64,000 bases of DNA from Prevotella sp. (GCA_045114185.1 JBGUJY010000074.1:6688-70687), one strand, 5' to 3'; positions 51,581 through 62,298 are shown, counted from the first letter of the stretch. Numbers and translations: made by a program. The notes: generated by a model from the sequence alone, not told the origin.

Positions 51581-51604
51581 CATCTGCTTATCAATCAAAT
51601 GACC

Positions 51605-52468
51605 ATGAGACAACTCAAAATCACCAAGTCTATCACGAACCGAGAGAGTGCTTCACTCGACAAATATTTACAGGAAATTGGTCACGAAGACCTGCTTTCC
51701 GTAGATGAAGAAGTGGAGCTGGCTCAGCGTATCCGCAAAGGTGACCGCGAGGCTTTGGAGAAGCTGACAAAGGCAAATCTGCGATTTGTGGTTTCCGTTG
51801 CCAAGCAATACCAGAACCAAGGACTTAGTCTACCTGATCTGATTAATGAGGGAAACTTAGGATTGATCAAGGCTGCTGAGAAGTTCGATGAGACACGTGG
51901 ATTCAAGTTTATCTCGTATGCTGTATGGTGGATTCGACAGAGCATACTTCAGGCTATTGCAGAGCAGAGCCGAATTGTTCGTCTTCCACTGAACCAGGTA
52001 GGCAGCGTCAACAAGATCAACAGGGTTCTGAACCGTTTCGAACAAGAGAACGAGCGTCGTCCCAGCATTGAAGAGATAGCTGACAAGGTGGACCTGCCGC
52101 AGGAGAAGATAGAGGATGCCATGAAGGTGAATAGTCGTCATGTGTCTGTGGATGCCCCATTCATTGACGGTGAGGATAACAGTCTGTTGGATATCATGGT
52201 GAATGATGATGCGCCGATGGCCGACCGTGCCCTGGTGATGGAATCGTTGCGTGAAGAGATCAATCGTGCCCTACTGACACTGAATGAGCGTGAGCGGAAT
52301 ATCATTGAGGCGTTCTTCGGAATCAATCAGCCGGAGATGACACTCGAGGAGATAGGTGAGAAATTCAATCTTACCCGTGAACGTGTTCGTCAGATCAAGG
52401 AAAAAGCCATCCGCAGACTCCGTCATAACACCAAGAATAAGTTGCTAAAATCATATTTAGGACAATAA
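51605..52468 (+). CDS. rpoD: Primary sigma-70 factor; start MRQLKITK
   Basis: [26 protein letters not shown]...KLLKSYLG; follows degP, the usual Bacteroidales position. Confidence 0.93.
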   Translation: MRQLKITKSITNRESASLDKYLQEIGHEDLLSVDEEVELAQRIRKGDREALEKLTKANLRFVVSVAKQYQNQGLSLPDLINEGNLGLIKAAEKFDETRGFKFISYAVWWIRQSILQAIAEQSRIVRLPLNQVGSVNKINRVLNRFEQENERRPSIEEIADKVDLPQEKIEDAMKVNSRHVSVDAPFIDGEDNSLLDIMVNDDAPMADRALVMESLREEINRALLTLNERERNIIEAFFGINQPEMTLEEIGEKFNLTRERVRQIKEKAIRRLRHNTKNKLLKSYLGQ

Positions 52469-52477
52469 TAGAACAAA

Positions 52478-52957
52478 ATGAATAAGAAACGATATATTCT
52501 TCTTGCCCTCATCTTACTGACCCTTTGTCAGGGTATGATGGCTAAGAACAAAACCGTTCAAAAAGTATATATATATGGCTTCTCTGCCTCATTCCAAGAC
52601 TCTATAGTATATTTCACCGATATTCAGGAGTTAGAAAATGTCAGTGTGGCAGAGAGAACAAATTTCCTGTCTAGTCGTGACTCTTATTCCAATCAGTTAC
52701 GTGACTACCTCACAGGGAAGAATCAACCATTCCGCACTTGCATTGTTTCTTATGCCTTCGACCGCAAGCACATTGAGAAGAAGTATCTGAAACTGAAATC
52801 TAAATATACCAAGAAGGGTAACTTCGATATCAGATACCTCAAGACTGATGAGTTTAAGTTCGATAAGGTACAACCTGCTCAAGTGGTAGAACAAGATACC
52901 ACTGAGACTCCCAAGGATGCCAAGAAAGGAAAGAAGAAGAAAAAGAACCGCTCATGA
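52478..52957 (+). CDS. Conserved secreted hypothetical protein with Lys-rich tail
   Basis: Signal peptide; YIYGFSASFQDSIVYFTDIQ. Confidence 0.7.
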   Translation: MNKKRYILLALILLTLCQGMMAKNKTVQKVYIYGFSASFQDSIVYFTDIQELENVSVAERTNFLSSRDSYSNQLRDYLTGKNQPFRTCIVSYAFDRKHIEKKYLKLKSKYTKKGNFDIRYLKTDEFKFDKVQPAQVVEQDTTETPKDAKKGKKKKKNRS

Positions 52958-53856
52958 CAGAAGGGAGCACGCATGTATTCAGCATAGCTGATCACCAGAT
53001 ACGTATCGTCTTTGAGCATTCCCGATATAACGGAATGCGACTCCTTCCATCATTCGAACCATTCCGCATAGATCCATCAGAACTAACGGATCTCTTCTTC
53101 CAACTAACTGTGGATGACTCGTTGAGACCTGTCGGCAAAGAACATCGGGAGCGCATAAGGAAGTTCGATACTGGGAATGGTGATACTATTGTGGATGAGC
53201 TTGATGACGGTGGTTACCAGTTTATCATCAAGGATATCAATGGCGCCGACTGCTGTCTGCTTCGTTCCAATAAGGATTTCAGTGATTGCCGCTGTGCCTT
53301 GAACGGCAACTACAATATGCGGTGCTTCGGACTGAACAATGCGCTCATGCTCATCTACTCCTTTGCAGGCAGTTTCCACCAGACGCTGATGATACATGCC
53401 TCACTGGTAAGATGTAATGGTAAAGGCTATGCGTTCATTGCGAAGAGTGGAACGGGTAAGAGTACTCAGGTAAGCATGTGGCTGCGATATATCGAGAACT
53501 GTGATCTGATGAATGATGACAATCCCGTGGTTCGGGTTATCGATAACCAGGTGTTCATCTACGGCAGTCCTTGGAGCGGTAAAACCCCTTGCTACCGTCA
53601 GGTGAAAGCTCCCTTAGGAGCCATCACCCGTATAGACAGGGCACAAGAAAACAGTATTGAGAAACTACCACCCATCGAGGCCTTCGCCTCTTTCCTACCC
53701 TCATGCTCTACCATGAAGTGGGATAAGGATATCTTCAACAATATCTGCAATACCGTAACCAAGGTGGTGGAGTTGGTAGGAATCTACACGCTGCACTGTC
53801 TGCCCAACGAAGAAGCGGCGCGTGTCTGTCATGCAGCCGTAACCAAACAGGATTAA
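52954..53856 (+). CDS. HPr-kinase-like P-loop protein
   Basis: IHAS, AKSGTGKST, MNDD, YGSPWSGK. Confidence 0.75.
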   Translation: MTEGSTHVFSIADHQIRIVFEHSRYNGMRLLPSFEPFRIDPSELTDLFFQLTVDDSLRPVGKEHRERIRKFDTGNGDTIVDELDDGGYQFIIKDINGADCCLLRSNKDFSDCRCALNGNYNMRCFGLNNALMLIYSFAGSFHQTLMIHASLVRCNGKGYAFIAKSGTGKSTQVSMWLRYIENCDLMNDDNPVVRVIDNQVFIYGSPWSGKTPCYRQVKAPLGAITRIDRAQENSIEKLPPIEAFASFLPSCSTMKWDKDIFNNICNTVTKVVELVGIYTLHCLPNEEAARVCHAAVTKQD

Positions 53857-53885
53857 ATAAACAATATAGTATATAGGAACCTATC

Positions 53886-54371
53886 ATGACGAACGAGCAT
53901 ATCCAGATCAAGGAAGTACAATATGCCAATGCCGTATTGATCCCAGAGATCGTGAAGTTGCTGGATGAGGGACATACCGTCACCCTGCGACTGAAGGGCT
54001 ATAGTATGCGACCTTTCCTGGAGGACGGACGTGATAAGGCCCTGTTAACAAAAGCCGTAAACCCCAAGGTGGGCGACCCTGTATTAGCAGAGATTGCAGA
54101 GAAACACTTCGTATTGCATCGAATTATCGCTATTCAGGGTGACCATGTGATTCTGCGTGGTGATGGGAATCTGAGAGAAGAACACTGCTCACTCAACGAT
54201 GTAAAAGGGGCTGTCATTGGTTTCTACAGAAAAGGTAGAGAAACTCTCGACCGCACCGATGGCATGAAATGGAGAACGTATTCATGGATCTGGACACGCC
54301 TCTACCCCATCCGTCGTTACCTCTTGGCCTTCTACCGTAGAATATGGCTAAAACTGTTCAAAATCAAATAA
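53886..54371 (+). CDS. S24/S26 signal-peptidase-like protein
   Basis: KGYSMRPFL (Ser), VLHRII (His in place of Lys), LRGDGN. Confidence 0.85.
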   Translation: MTNEHIQIKEVQYANAVLIPEIVKLLDEGHTVTLRLKGYSMRPFLEDGRDKALLTKAVNPKVGDPVLAEIAEKHFVLHRIIAIQGDHVILRGDGNLREEHCSLNDVKGAVIGFYRKGRETLDRTDGMKWRTYSWIWTRLYPIRRYLLAFYRRIWLKLFKIK

Positions 54372-54379
54372 AGAAATAT

Positions 54380-54652
54380 ATGAAAGCAAAGAAAGGATTC
54401 AACCTGCGAAACGTATGTGGAGAGCAGATTATCGTAGCTGAAGGGAAAGAGAATATCGACTTCAGCAATATCATCAGTATGAACGAATCATCGGCATATC
54501 TGTGGAAGATCGTTCAGCAACGCGAGAGTTTTACCGTGGAAGACATGGCCGACCTCCTGCTCGAGGAGTATGAGGTGGAACGTGAAACAGCGCTCGCTGA
54601 TTGTAAGACACTTGCCAATCAATGGATTGAGGCAGGTATCGTAGAAGAATAA
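54380..54652 (+). CDS. PqqD-family RiPP recognition element
   Basis: SMNESSAYLW...LLEEYEVERETALADC...WIEAGIV. Confidence 0.88.
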   Translation: MKAKKGFNLRNVCGEQIIVAEGKENIDFSNIISMNESSAYLWKIVQQRESFTVEDMADLLLEEYEVERETALADCKTLANQWIEAGIVEE

Positions 54653-54684
54653 AGAAGGCAGTGGAAAACCACTGCCTTTCTTTT
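54652..54684. terminator. Bidirectional terminator
   Basis: AAGGCAGTGG-aaaa-CCACTGCCTT with A/T tails, between convergent genes. Confidence 0.85.
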
Positions 54685-55471
54685 ATTTCGTAACGCGGAT
54701 GTTCTTCAAATAATGACTCTTGCCGTCGGCATCCTGAGCATTGATCAGGAAATGACCAACAGGTTTGATATTCGGTAGATTGGCAAGACGCTTACCATTG
54801 ATGAAGATCTTCAGGTTTCCACTGTCGTAAGAAACTGCAAAATGATTCCATTTCTTCTTGCTGATGCTCCTGTCCAGCTCATCAAGATTTCCGTTCACCC
54901 AGTCTTCATCTTTCTTCTGTGCATTCCATTCGATGGTCGTTGGCAAGAAGTTAACGCTGACAACCTCGTTCTCTTCAGCATCGAAGAACACCACATGATA
55001 CCATACGTCATTTCCAAAGAGGAACTGGAACTCCGTCATGAACTTCTCCGGCAAGAAGGCTTTACTGCCGTTATTCACCATGGGGAATAGATGGGAGTCA
55101 CCTCCTGACATGGTAATAAACTTTCCACCGGGAGCCTCTGCAATCTCTGCACTACCCGACTTCACATCCCACTTCGAAGGCAGCTCACCAGCTTTCTCAC
55201 CTGCTTGGTTGTCCTCAAAGATTACGGTTGCCCCTGGCTTGAAGTCACCTGCCTCATAGAAAGCATTCATATCCAACTCCTCCACGCTCTGGGGATCTGA
55301 CCATACATCGGTTGCATCCTGCGCATCTTCGTTTTCAGAAGCCTGTACATTCTCTTCTACAGCTTCCTGGTTTTCTTTCTCAGCAGCGTCCTTTTCGGGT
55401 TTACTGCCACCACAGGCTGTCAACATTGTGAAACCTGCCACACACATCAGTGCTAAATAAACTTTCTTCAT
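54683..55471 (-). CDS. Lipoprotein with ConA/LamG-like beta-sandwich
   Basis: Lipobox LTAC; KKWNHFAVSY...KIFING. Confidence 0.65.
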   Translation of the reverse strand: MKKVYLALMCVAGFTMLTACGGSKPEKDAAEKENQEAVEENVQASENEDAQDATDVWSDPQSVEELDMNAFYEAGDFKPGATVIFEDNQAGEKAGELPSKWDVKSGSAEIAEAPGGKFITMSGGDSHLFPMVNNGSKAFLPEKFMTEFQFLFGNDVWYHVVFFDAEENEVVSVNFLPTTIEWNAQKKDEDWVNGNLDELDRSISKKKWNHFAVSYDSGNLKIFINGKRLANLPNIKPVGHFLINAQDADGKSHYLKNIRVTK

Positions 55472-55621
55472 GTTATTCTAAGATTAATGATTATTGGATT
55501 CTCCGTTTAGTAGTATGACTCTGCAAATCTACTATTTTTTTCTTAAAACGACAATGATATTGGTAAAAAAATGTTGAAAAGGTTGTATTCATGACAGTAA
55601 AAGGGAAAAAACAAGTATTTA

Positions 55622-55653
55622 TTTGGTCAATACCATACTAATTAGTACCTTTG
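55622..55653 (+). promoter_or_regulatory. Promoter for the aminotransferase
   Basis: TTTG-N20-TACCTTTG, which supports a start at 55674. Confidence 0.7.
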
Positions 55654-55673
55654 CACGTCAAGATTACGGAATA

Positions 55674-56987
55674 ATGAAATCGACCCCAATTAAGAAAGAA
55701 GTAGTAGATCGTCTCGTAGATGATCTCGGTATTAAGGACTTTGCCCAGGCAACAATCCGTGAGGTAAAGCAAGTAGCCGCTAAGGCTGAAAAGGAAAGCG
55801 GTGTGGAGTTTATCAAGATGGAGATGGGTATCCCTGGTCTGCCTGCTGCTCAGGTAGGTGTGGATGCGCAGATCAAGGCACTGCAGGACGGTATCGCCCA
55901 TAGTTATCCAGATATACAAGGTGCACCTTCTTTGAAGCAGGCTGCCTCGCAGTTTGTGAAGGCTTTCATCGGCGTGGATATTAAGCCAGAGGGTTGTGTA
56001 CCTGTCTGCGGTTCCATGCAGGGAACATTCGCTTCATTCCTGACCTGTCTGCAGGCTGACAAGAAAAAGGATACAGTATTGTTCATCGATCCCGGATTCC
56101 CTGTGCAGAAGATGCAGTTGCAGGTCATGGGTGGCAAGTACGAAACATTTGATGTATATGATTTCCGTGGTGACAAGCTCCGTGCGAAACTGGAGTCGTA
56201 CCTTAGCAAAGGGAACATCTGCGCTATCGTATATAGTAACCCCAATAACCCCTCATGGATCTGCTTCAATGAGGATGAGCTGAAGACCATCGGTGAGCTG
56301 GCTACGCAGTATGATGTGATTGTGATGGAAGACCTGGCTTATTTCGCCATGGATTTCCGTAAGAACCTCAGTGTACCGTTCGAGCCACCTTATCAGGCCA
56401 CCGTGGCACGCTATACCGACAACTACATGTTGCTCATCAGCGGCTCCAAGGCATTTAGTTATGCAGGCGAACGTATTGGTGTTACCTGTATCTCTGACAA
56501 GCTGTTCCACCGTCATTATCCCGACTTGGCCGACCGCTACGAAGGATTACCTTTCGGTCCTGTGTTCTCCACCCGAATGCTCTATGCCTTATCATCAGGA
56601 ACCAGTCATAGCGCTCAGTTTGCCATGGCTGCCATGTTACAGGCTGCTACGGAAGGAAAGTATGATTTCAGAAAGGAGATCAGTGTGTATGGACAGCGCG
56701 CTCATCAGCTGAAAGAGATCTTCTGTCGTCATGGTTTCCATGTGGTATATGACAAAGACCTGGACGAACCCATTGCGGATGGTTTCTATTTCACCATTGG
56801 TTATCCGGGTATGACAAGTGGAGAGTTAGCCCATGAGTTAATGTATTATGGTGTCAGCGCCATCTGTCTGATTACCACAGGCAGTCATCAGGAAGGACTC
56901 CGTGTTTGTACCTCCTTTATAGAGGATCATCAGTATGCGCTGCTGGATGAGCGTATGGCAATCTTCCAAGAGAACAATCCCCGCTAA
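55674..56987 (+). CDS. PLP-dependent aminotransferase class I/II
   Basis: YSNPNNP, EDLAY, SGSKAFSYAGERIG. Confidence 0.9.
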   Translation: MKSTPIKKEVVDRLVDDLGIKDFAQATIREVKQVAAKAEKESGVEFIKMEMGIPGLPAAQVGVDAQIKALQDGIAHSYPDIQGAPSLKQAASQFVKAFIGVDIKPEGCVPVCGSMQGTFASFLTCLQADKKKDTVLFIDPGFPVQKMQLQVMGGKYETFDVYDFRGDKLRAKLESYLSKGNICAIVYSNPNNPSWICFNEDELKTIGELATQYDVIVMEDLAYFAMDFRKNLSVPFEPPYQATVARYTDNYMLLISGSKAFSYAGERIGVTCISDKLFHRHYPDLADRYEGLPFGPVFSTRMLYALSSGTSHSAQFAMAAMLQAATEGKYDFRKEISVYGQRAHQLKEIFCRHGFHVVYDKDLDEPIADGFYFTIGYPGMTSGELAHELMYYGVSAICLITTGSHQEGLRVCTSFIEDHQYALLDERMAIFQENNPR

Positions 56988-57007
56988 ATATATAAAAATC
57001 ATATAAA

Positions 57008-57066
57008 GAGAGAGATGCCCACCTTTTAGTTGAACAAAAAACTAACGGTGGGCACCTCTCTTTTTC
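57008..57066. terminator. Long hairpin terminator between convergent genes
   Basis: agagagatgcccacc...ggtgggcacctctct followed by a T-run. Confidence 0.7.
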
Positions 57067-57083
57067 TAAATATCAGCAATCGC

Positions 57084-57656
57084 TTATTTCTGTGCGGCCT
57101 TACCTAGAGCTAACGCCTTGATATTAGCTTCTACGATGGCTTCGCCCTTGCGGTTGAATACACGACGGATAGCATCTTCCAACTTGTCATACTCAATGCC
57201 GAGCGCCTTCTGGGCAGCACCCAGGAGAATCACGTTAGCAGAACGCGGTACGCCATTGTCCTTGGCCAACTGTTCGATATCCACAGCAATAACATGCGGC
57301 AGTTTGTCAAGATCAGCCTTCACAACTTCCATATCAGGATAGTTAGGGATGTTGACAAACGGCGTACTGGATGTGATGATCCATCCCTCCTTGGAGAGAT
57401 ACGGCAGATAGCGCAAAGCCTCCATGGGTTCCATGGAAATGATCACGTCAGCACCGCCTTTGGCAATCAGGTCGCTGTATATAGGATCACTGGAGATACG
57501 CAGGTTCGACTGCACATCACCACCACGCTGTGACATACCATGTACCTCAGCCTGCTTGATATATAGGTTCTCGTTCATGGCAGCCTCGCCAATGATCGTT
57601 GCGATGGAGAGGATACCCTGACCTCCTACTCCACAAAGAATGATATCTGTTTTCAT
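57084..57656 (-). CDS. iorB: Indolepyruvate:ferredoxin oxidoreductase beta subunit
   Basis: GVGGQG, EVHGMSQRGGDV. Confidence 0.92.
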   Translation of the reverse strand: MKTDIILCGVGGQGILSIATIIGEAAMNENLYIKQAEVHGMSQRGGDVQSNLRISSDPIYSDLIAKGGADVIISMEPMEALRYLPYLSKEGWIITSSTPFVNIPNYPDMEVVKADLDKLPHVIAVDIEQLAKDNGVPRSANVILLGAAQKALGIEYDKLEDAIRRVFNRKGEAIVEANIKALALGKAAQK

Positions 57657-59266
57657 TTCTTACCCTCCTGTGCTTTCTTTTGTTTCAGATGTCTCTGCAG
57701 TGTCTGCATACACTCACGGCGCGGAATAATCACGCTCACACCCTGATAGTTAATCTCATCGCGGATGATCTGTGTAATCTCGGGCATGTTCTTCGGTAGT
57801 GGTACTACCACCTTCAGATGCTCGTTATCCAATCCTAAGCCGCGAACAATGGCCTCGAACTTGTTCGTTCCAGCACTGTCCTGACCGCCTGTCATGGCTG
57901 TTGTCAGGTTATCACTGATGATCACAGTGATATTGGCATTCTCGTTGATGGCATCCAGCAGACCGGTCATACCACTATGGGTAAAGGTGGAGTCACCGAT
58001 GATGGCCACAGCAGGCCACTGTCCTGCATCGGCAGCACCCTTGGCCATAGTGATGCTCGCACCCATGTCCACACAACTATGGATGGCACGATACGGTGGA
58101 AGGAATCCCAAGGTGTAGCAACCGATATCACCAAAGACACGAGCATTGGGATACTCTTCCAACACCTTGTTCAAGGCAGTATATACATCGCGGTGACCGC
58201 AGCCCTGGCACAACGCTGGTGGACGGGGAACTACATCCTCGCAAGGAGCGAATGACTCATCCGACGGCAGTCCTAATGCCTTCTTCACAGCATCAGGAGT
58301 CAACTCACCTGTTCTGGGCAGCGCACCAGTCAGTCGTCCGATAATCTCCGCATCACCAGGCATGATACCTGTCAGCTGATCCTCGATGAACGGCTGTCCC
58401 TCCTCGATCACCAGCACACGGTCGCATGCAGCCGTCATCTTCCTGATCAATGCTTTAGGCAACGGGTACTGACTGATCTTCAGTACAGGATAAGGACACT
58501 TGCCACCTGCAAAACTTTCCATCAGGTAGTTGTAGCCAATACCGCTCGCAATGATACCCAATGAGTGATCGTCACCATCGCAATACTGGTTGAAGTTACT
58601 GTTCACGGCATCCTCTTCCAGTTCAGCCTGCTGCTTCGTCACAGCATCATTTCTACGACGGGCATTAGCGGGGAGGAGTACCCAATTGGCAGCCACGGCA
58701 TTGTAGTTCTTCTCGTTCTCCTTGCGCGGCTCATCTTTAACTTCCACCACAGCACGAGAATGTGCCATACGGGTGGTAACACGCATGAGCACCGGTAGAT
58801 GGATGCGTTCAGAATAGTCGTAAGCAAAAGCCATCATGTCGTATGCCTCCTGCTGGTTACTCGGCTCCAAGGTAGGAATCATGGCGAACTTCGCATAGAA
58901 ACGTGAGTCCTGCTCATCCTGTGATGAGTGCATGGAAGGATCATCAGCCACAAGTACCACGATACCACCGTTTGTACCAGTCATACCAGCATTCACAAAC
59001 GGGTCGGCACACACATTCAGTCCTACATGCTTCATGCACACCAAAGCACGCTTACCCATGAACGACATACCCAAGGCAGTCTCCATGGCAGTCTTCTCAT
59101 TCGTACACCAGCGACGGTGAACATTGCGTTCCTTCGCTAACGGAGACTCTTGGATATACTCCGTGATTTCCGTTGATGGGGTGCCGGGGTATGCATACAC
59201 GCCGCTCAGTCCTGCATCCAATGCACCTTGAGCAATCGCCTCGTCACCTAATAAAAGCTTTTTCAT
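57653..59266 (-). CDS. iorA: Indolepyruvate:ferredoxin oxidoreductase alpha subunit
   Basis: YPGTPSTEI, NEKTA, RPPALCQGCGH, GDIGCY, GDSTFTHSG...DN. Confidence 0.93.
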   Translation of the reverse strand: MKKLLLGDEAIAQGALDAGLSGVYAYPGTPSTEITEYIQESPLAKERNVHRRWCTNEKTAMETALGMSFMGKRALVCMKHVGLNVCADPFVNAGMTGTNGGIVVLVADDPSMHSSQDEQDSRFYAKFAMIPTLEPSNQQEAYDMMAFAYDYSERIHLPVLMRVTTRMAHSRAVVEVKDEPRKENEKNYNAVAANWVLLPANARRRNDAVTKQQAELEEDAVNSNFNQYCDGDDHSLGIIASGIGYNYLMESFAGGKCPYPVLKISQYPLPKALIRKMTAACDRVLVIEEGQPFIEDQLTGIMPGDAEIIGRLTGALPRTGELTPDAVKKALGLPSDESFAPCEDVVPRPPALCQGCGHRDVYTALNKVLEEYPNARVFGDIGCYTLGFLPPYRAIHSCVDMGASITMAKGAADAGQWPAVAIIGDSTFTHSGMTGLLDAINENANITVIISDNLTTAMTGGQDSAGTNKFEAIVRGLGLDNEHLKVVVPLPKNMPEITQIIRDEINYQGVSVIIPRRECMQTLQRHLKQKKAQEGKK

Positions 59267-59370
59267 TATTTTATGGTTTGATATTGATACTTCTCGTTAA
59301 CGGATGACAAAGGTACTCATATTTTTCGAGGTCACCAAGACTTTGCGCGATTATTTGCTGCTATCACTGA

Positions 59371-60930
59371 TTACCTGTATAAACGATTGAGGTCTTCACA
59401 CTCCACAAAGTTACCATCCTTATCGAGCGCCAGATTGAAGGGGATGGCCGAGAACTGGAACTTCACCGATAGTTGCTTCCATTCCTCATGCGTCACATAG
59501 ATATGTTCACCCTTGATGTTGTTCTCTTGCATCCACTGTTCGGAAACAGCACGCGGACTGTCCTTCTCATCGCAGATATATAAGAAACGAACGGGCTTAT
59601 CCTTCATCCTTTCCACCTTCTCACGTTCATCCAACATAGCTACACGACAAGGACCGCAGCCCATTCCCCAGAAGTCGATATAGAGGGCATTACCCTTGTA
59701 GGGTGCGATGATACGTTCGAAGATGGCATCGGCCTCGGGTGTGGCTGAAGCGTTTTTCATGGACTGACCTTCCCTACTGATCACGTACTGGCGGTAAGCT
59801 TCCAAGGCATGATGTGCCACCACAGGATGTTCAAAGATTGGAATGCCACCGGCAAAGAAGGCTGCCATGGCGTCGGGAGAGGTACTCTTGTCAAGATGAC
59901 TCTCCTGGAAAATATCACGACAGACGGCCACTTGCAGCAGGAAATCGTTCTTCTTCAGATGATAGCCCTTACGAATGGATTCCGTGGCCATACAGTAATA
60001 GTCGGCAATAGTCAGCAGCGAGTCTGCCCGCAACGAGAGCAGTCGTTGGTGCAAGTCAGCATTGAAATTGCGCGGCAGGTAGAACTCCGACTTATAGGCA
60101 ACCACCTCGGCATTGTCCTGTTGCGGATGAACAGCTATTCGCAAACTATTGTCCATATAGCCGACATCAGTCATCATGTAGAACTGTGCGTAGTTGATCA
60201 GGAACTCGGGTTTGGACACAGCGAACATCATGGCGGGATTGTTAAGCAACCACTCTTCACGCTCAACCACGAAATCGTAGTACGCTCCCCTCCTTAAGGT
60301 GGTCATGTTGTTGCGAAAGACATTGAGTGCGGCCATGAAGGTTTCACCCAGCAGACTGGCGCCCAGCACTTCCTTAACAAAGCTGTTCGTTCCTTCGGGC
60401 AACGGTAGTCGGTCAGTTTTTATATCAGCTATGATGATATCCATCAATTTTGCCATCCCCTGCTTCCATGAAGGAATCTCCGCTTCCGTCAGGCTCTCTT
60501 CATCCAGCAGCTTATCCCCCCAATAGTGTTTCTTCAATGAGGGCCATAGATGGTTGATAGTTCCACTCGAACTATTTCCAACAAACGTCACACCTTCTCT
60601 GTAACCCTTTGTGGCATCCTTCGTCAACTCCACCGTGTCCCCAACAGCCAGGAACACATCACCTATGTCATCTATCCGCACACTCTGCGAATGAGCCAAT
60701 GGAATCACGCCCTCAAACGAGCCATCGTCAGCAACTGGGATGGCATGCACCTGCTCCCCGCTCGTAAACAGGTTGAACGAGTACACCGTAACGATGTCCC
60801 ACTCGTTGGCAGGTTTATTCAAAATACGTCCTTTTAATACTGCAGTTCCGCTATGGAACTGATACTCATCAATCGCTTGCACGGTCATTACGACCAAGGC
60901 AAGCAATGTGCAAATAATGGTTCGTTTCAT
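59371..60930 (-). CDS. Secreted TlpA/thioredoxin-like protein
   Basis: Signal peptide; C-terminal IDFWGMGCGPC and SAIP. Confidence 0.8.
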   Translation of the reverse strand: MKRTIICTLLALVVMTVQAIDEYQFHSGTAVLKGRILNKPANEWDIVTVYSFNLFTSGEQVHAIPVADDGSFEGVIPLAHSQSVRIDDIGDVFLAVGDTVELTKDATKGYREGVTFVGNSSSGTINHLWPSLKKHYWGDKLLDEESLTEAEIPSWKQGMAKLMDIIIADIKTDRLPLPEGTNSFVKEVLGASLLGETFMAALNVFRNNMTTLRRGAYYDFVVEREEWLLNNPAMMFAVSKPEFLINYAQFYMMTDVGYMDNSLRIAVHPQQDNAEVVAYKSEFYLPRNFNADLHQRLLSLRADSLLTIADYYCMATESIRKGYHLKKNDFLLQVAVCRDIFQESHLDKSTSPDAMAAFFAGGIPIFEHPVVAHHALEAYRQYVISREGQSMKNASATPEADAIFERIIAPYKGNALYIDFWGMGCGPCRVAMLDEREKVERMKDKPVRFLYICDEKDSPRAVSEQWMQENNIKGEHIYVTHEEWKQLSVKFQFSAIPFNLALDKDGNFVECEDLNRLYR

Positions 60931-60971
60931 GTTATAGTAGATATGTTGTCACAATTGTGACTGTTTTATTC

Positions 60972-61592
60972 TCACTGAGTGAACACATAAAGGAGTGACT
61001 GGATGAGTTGGGCAGCGAAGACATAGACTACCCATAAGGGAAGGGTGCGGCGAACACCTTCGGTCATTCCTTGGAACACCTGCTGCCACGAAAGGAAGTG
61101 GGTGCTTAACAAGCCATAGACGATAGATATGACTGTGACGGTGAAGGCAGCGATGGGAATCAGTGCCCTGCTGAAACTGCTGGGGAAAAGAGTACCTGTG
61201 GCGCTGAGCAATACAGCATGAGATGTACAAGTGAGATAGAACACAACAGCAAGGATGATGACAAGCAAGACCGTTGATACCGTCAAGGCGAAACGCTGAC
61301 GGTATGACGGTCGTTTACCATGTATCAAGTCGGCTACTGCTTCTGCAAGTCCGCTGGTACGGAACACCCCATAGGCAATGGCAATCACCAGCATCCACAC
61401 CAATACAGGCGTGGCCAAGTTCTCAGAAAACCGCCCCATGAACCAACGAATACCCTCACTGCTCAGCAGAGAGTGTACGTAGGTCTGCTGAGTAGCCGAA
61501 CTGATGATCCATGATACCAGTATCAGTAGTATCTGGAGAGCGGCGAGAACAAGGGTGAGCCAAGCCCAGAACTTACTCTTCATCAGGAACAA
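60972..61592 (-). CDS. Short AbgT-like membrane protein
   Basis: VHSLLSSEGIRW, TSGL, L..SSF resemble the AbgT N-terminal half; several TM segments. Confidence 0.6.
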   Translation of the reverse strand: MFLMKSKFWAWLTLVLAALQILLILVSWIISSATQQTYVHSLLSSEGIRWFMGRFSENLATPVLVWMLVIAIAYGVFRTSGLAEAVADLIHGKRPSYRQRFALTVSTVLLVIILAVVFYLTCTSHAVLLSATGTLFPSSFSRALIPIAAFTVTVISIVYGLLSTHFLSWQQVFQGMTEGVRRTLPLWVVYVFAAQLIQSLLYVFTQ

Positions 61593-62298
61593 GATTGTCT
61601 ATGTCAATGATGCGTAGTTCGAGTGCCCGCACTACAAGACGTGTGGCGTTGATGCCAATGCCGCCGTTGCCATTGGGGAATAGTTTCTGGATGAGTTCGT
61701 TCTGACGTTTCTCCAGACTCTTCACGCCAAAGGGCATACCGCGCAGGTTAGTGATCTGCTCTTTGGTATAACCCAGTGCCAGATGACGAAGGAATCGCTC
61801 GTCGTACTCATCGATCTCATAATCGACAATGGCTTCCTGCTTGGCCAGTTGACTGCCCACGCTATGCTTGAAGCGGTCGATGATCTTCTCGAGGATGGGC
61901 TGGTTGAATACCATCTTCTTACCTGACATCACACTCGACACATCACCGCGAGTAAGCAGTTCTCCGCTCTTCAGACAGATACCGTCGCAACCAGCATCCA
62001 GAACATCTACCCACAGTTTCTCGTTGAGGATCTCACCCGTGAAGATCAGAACCTTCACATCAGGATAAGCCTCCTTGGTGTGACGGCAGATCTCCACGCC
62101 TACCGTGGTAGAGCCTCCAAGTCCGAGGTCAAGGAGTACCAGATCAGGCTTGGTCTGCTTAATCAATCGCCAATAGGCGGGTTCGTTCTCTGCGGTACCG
62201 ATGATCTCGGCTTCGGGAATCTCGTTACGGAAGATTCCCTCTGTGCCCTTCAGTTCGAGGGCTACATCCTCTACAATAATGACTTTGAATGGATTCAT
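61573..62298 (-). CDS. Response regulator, DUF5932-like (REC plus HTH-like C-terminus)
   Basis: IIVED, LVLLDL, IFT, CLK receiver residues. Confidence 0.8.
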   Translation of the reverse strand: MNPFKVIIVEDVALELKGTEGIFRNEIPEAEIIGTAENEPAYWRLIKQTKPDLVLLDLGLGGSTTVGVEICRHTKEAYPDVKVLIFTGEILNEKLWVDVLDAGCDGICLKSGELLTRGDVSSVMSGKKMVFNQPILEKIIDRFKHSVGSQLAKQEAIVDYEIDEYDERFLRHLALGYTKEQITNLRGMPFGVKSLEKRQNELIQKLFPNGNGGIGINATRLVVRALELRIIDIDNLVPDEE

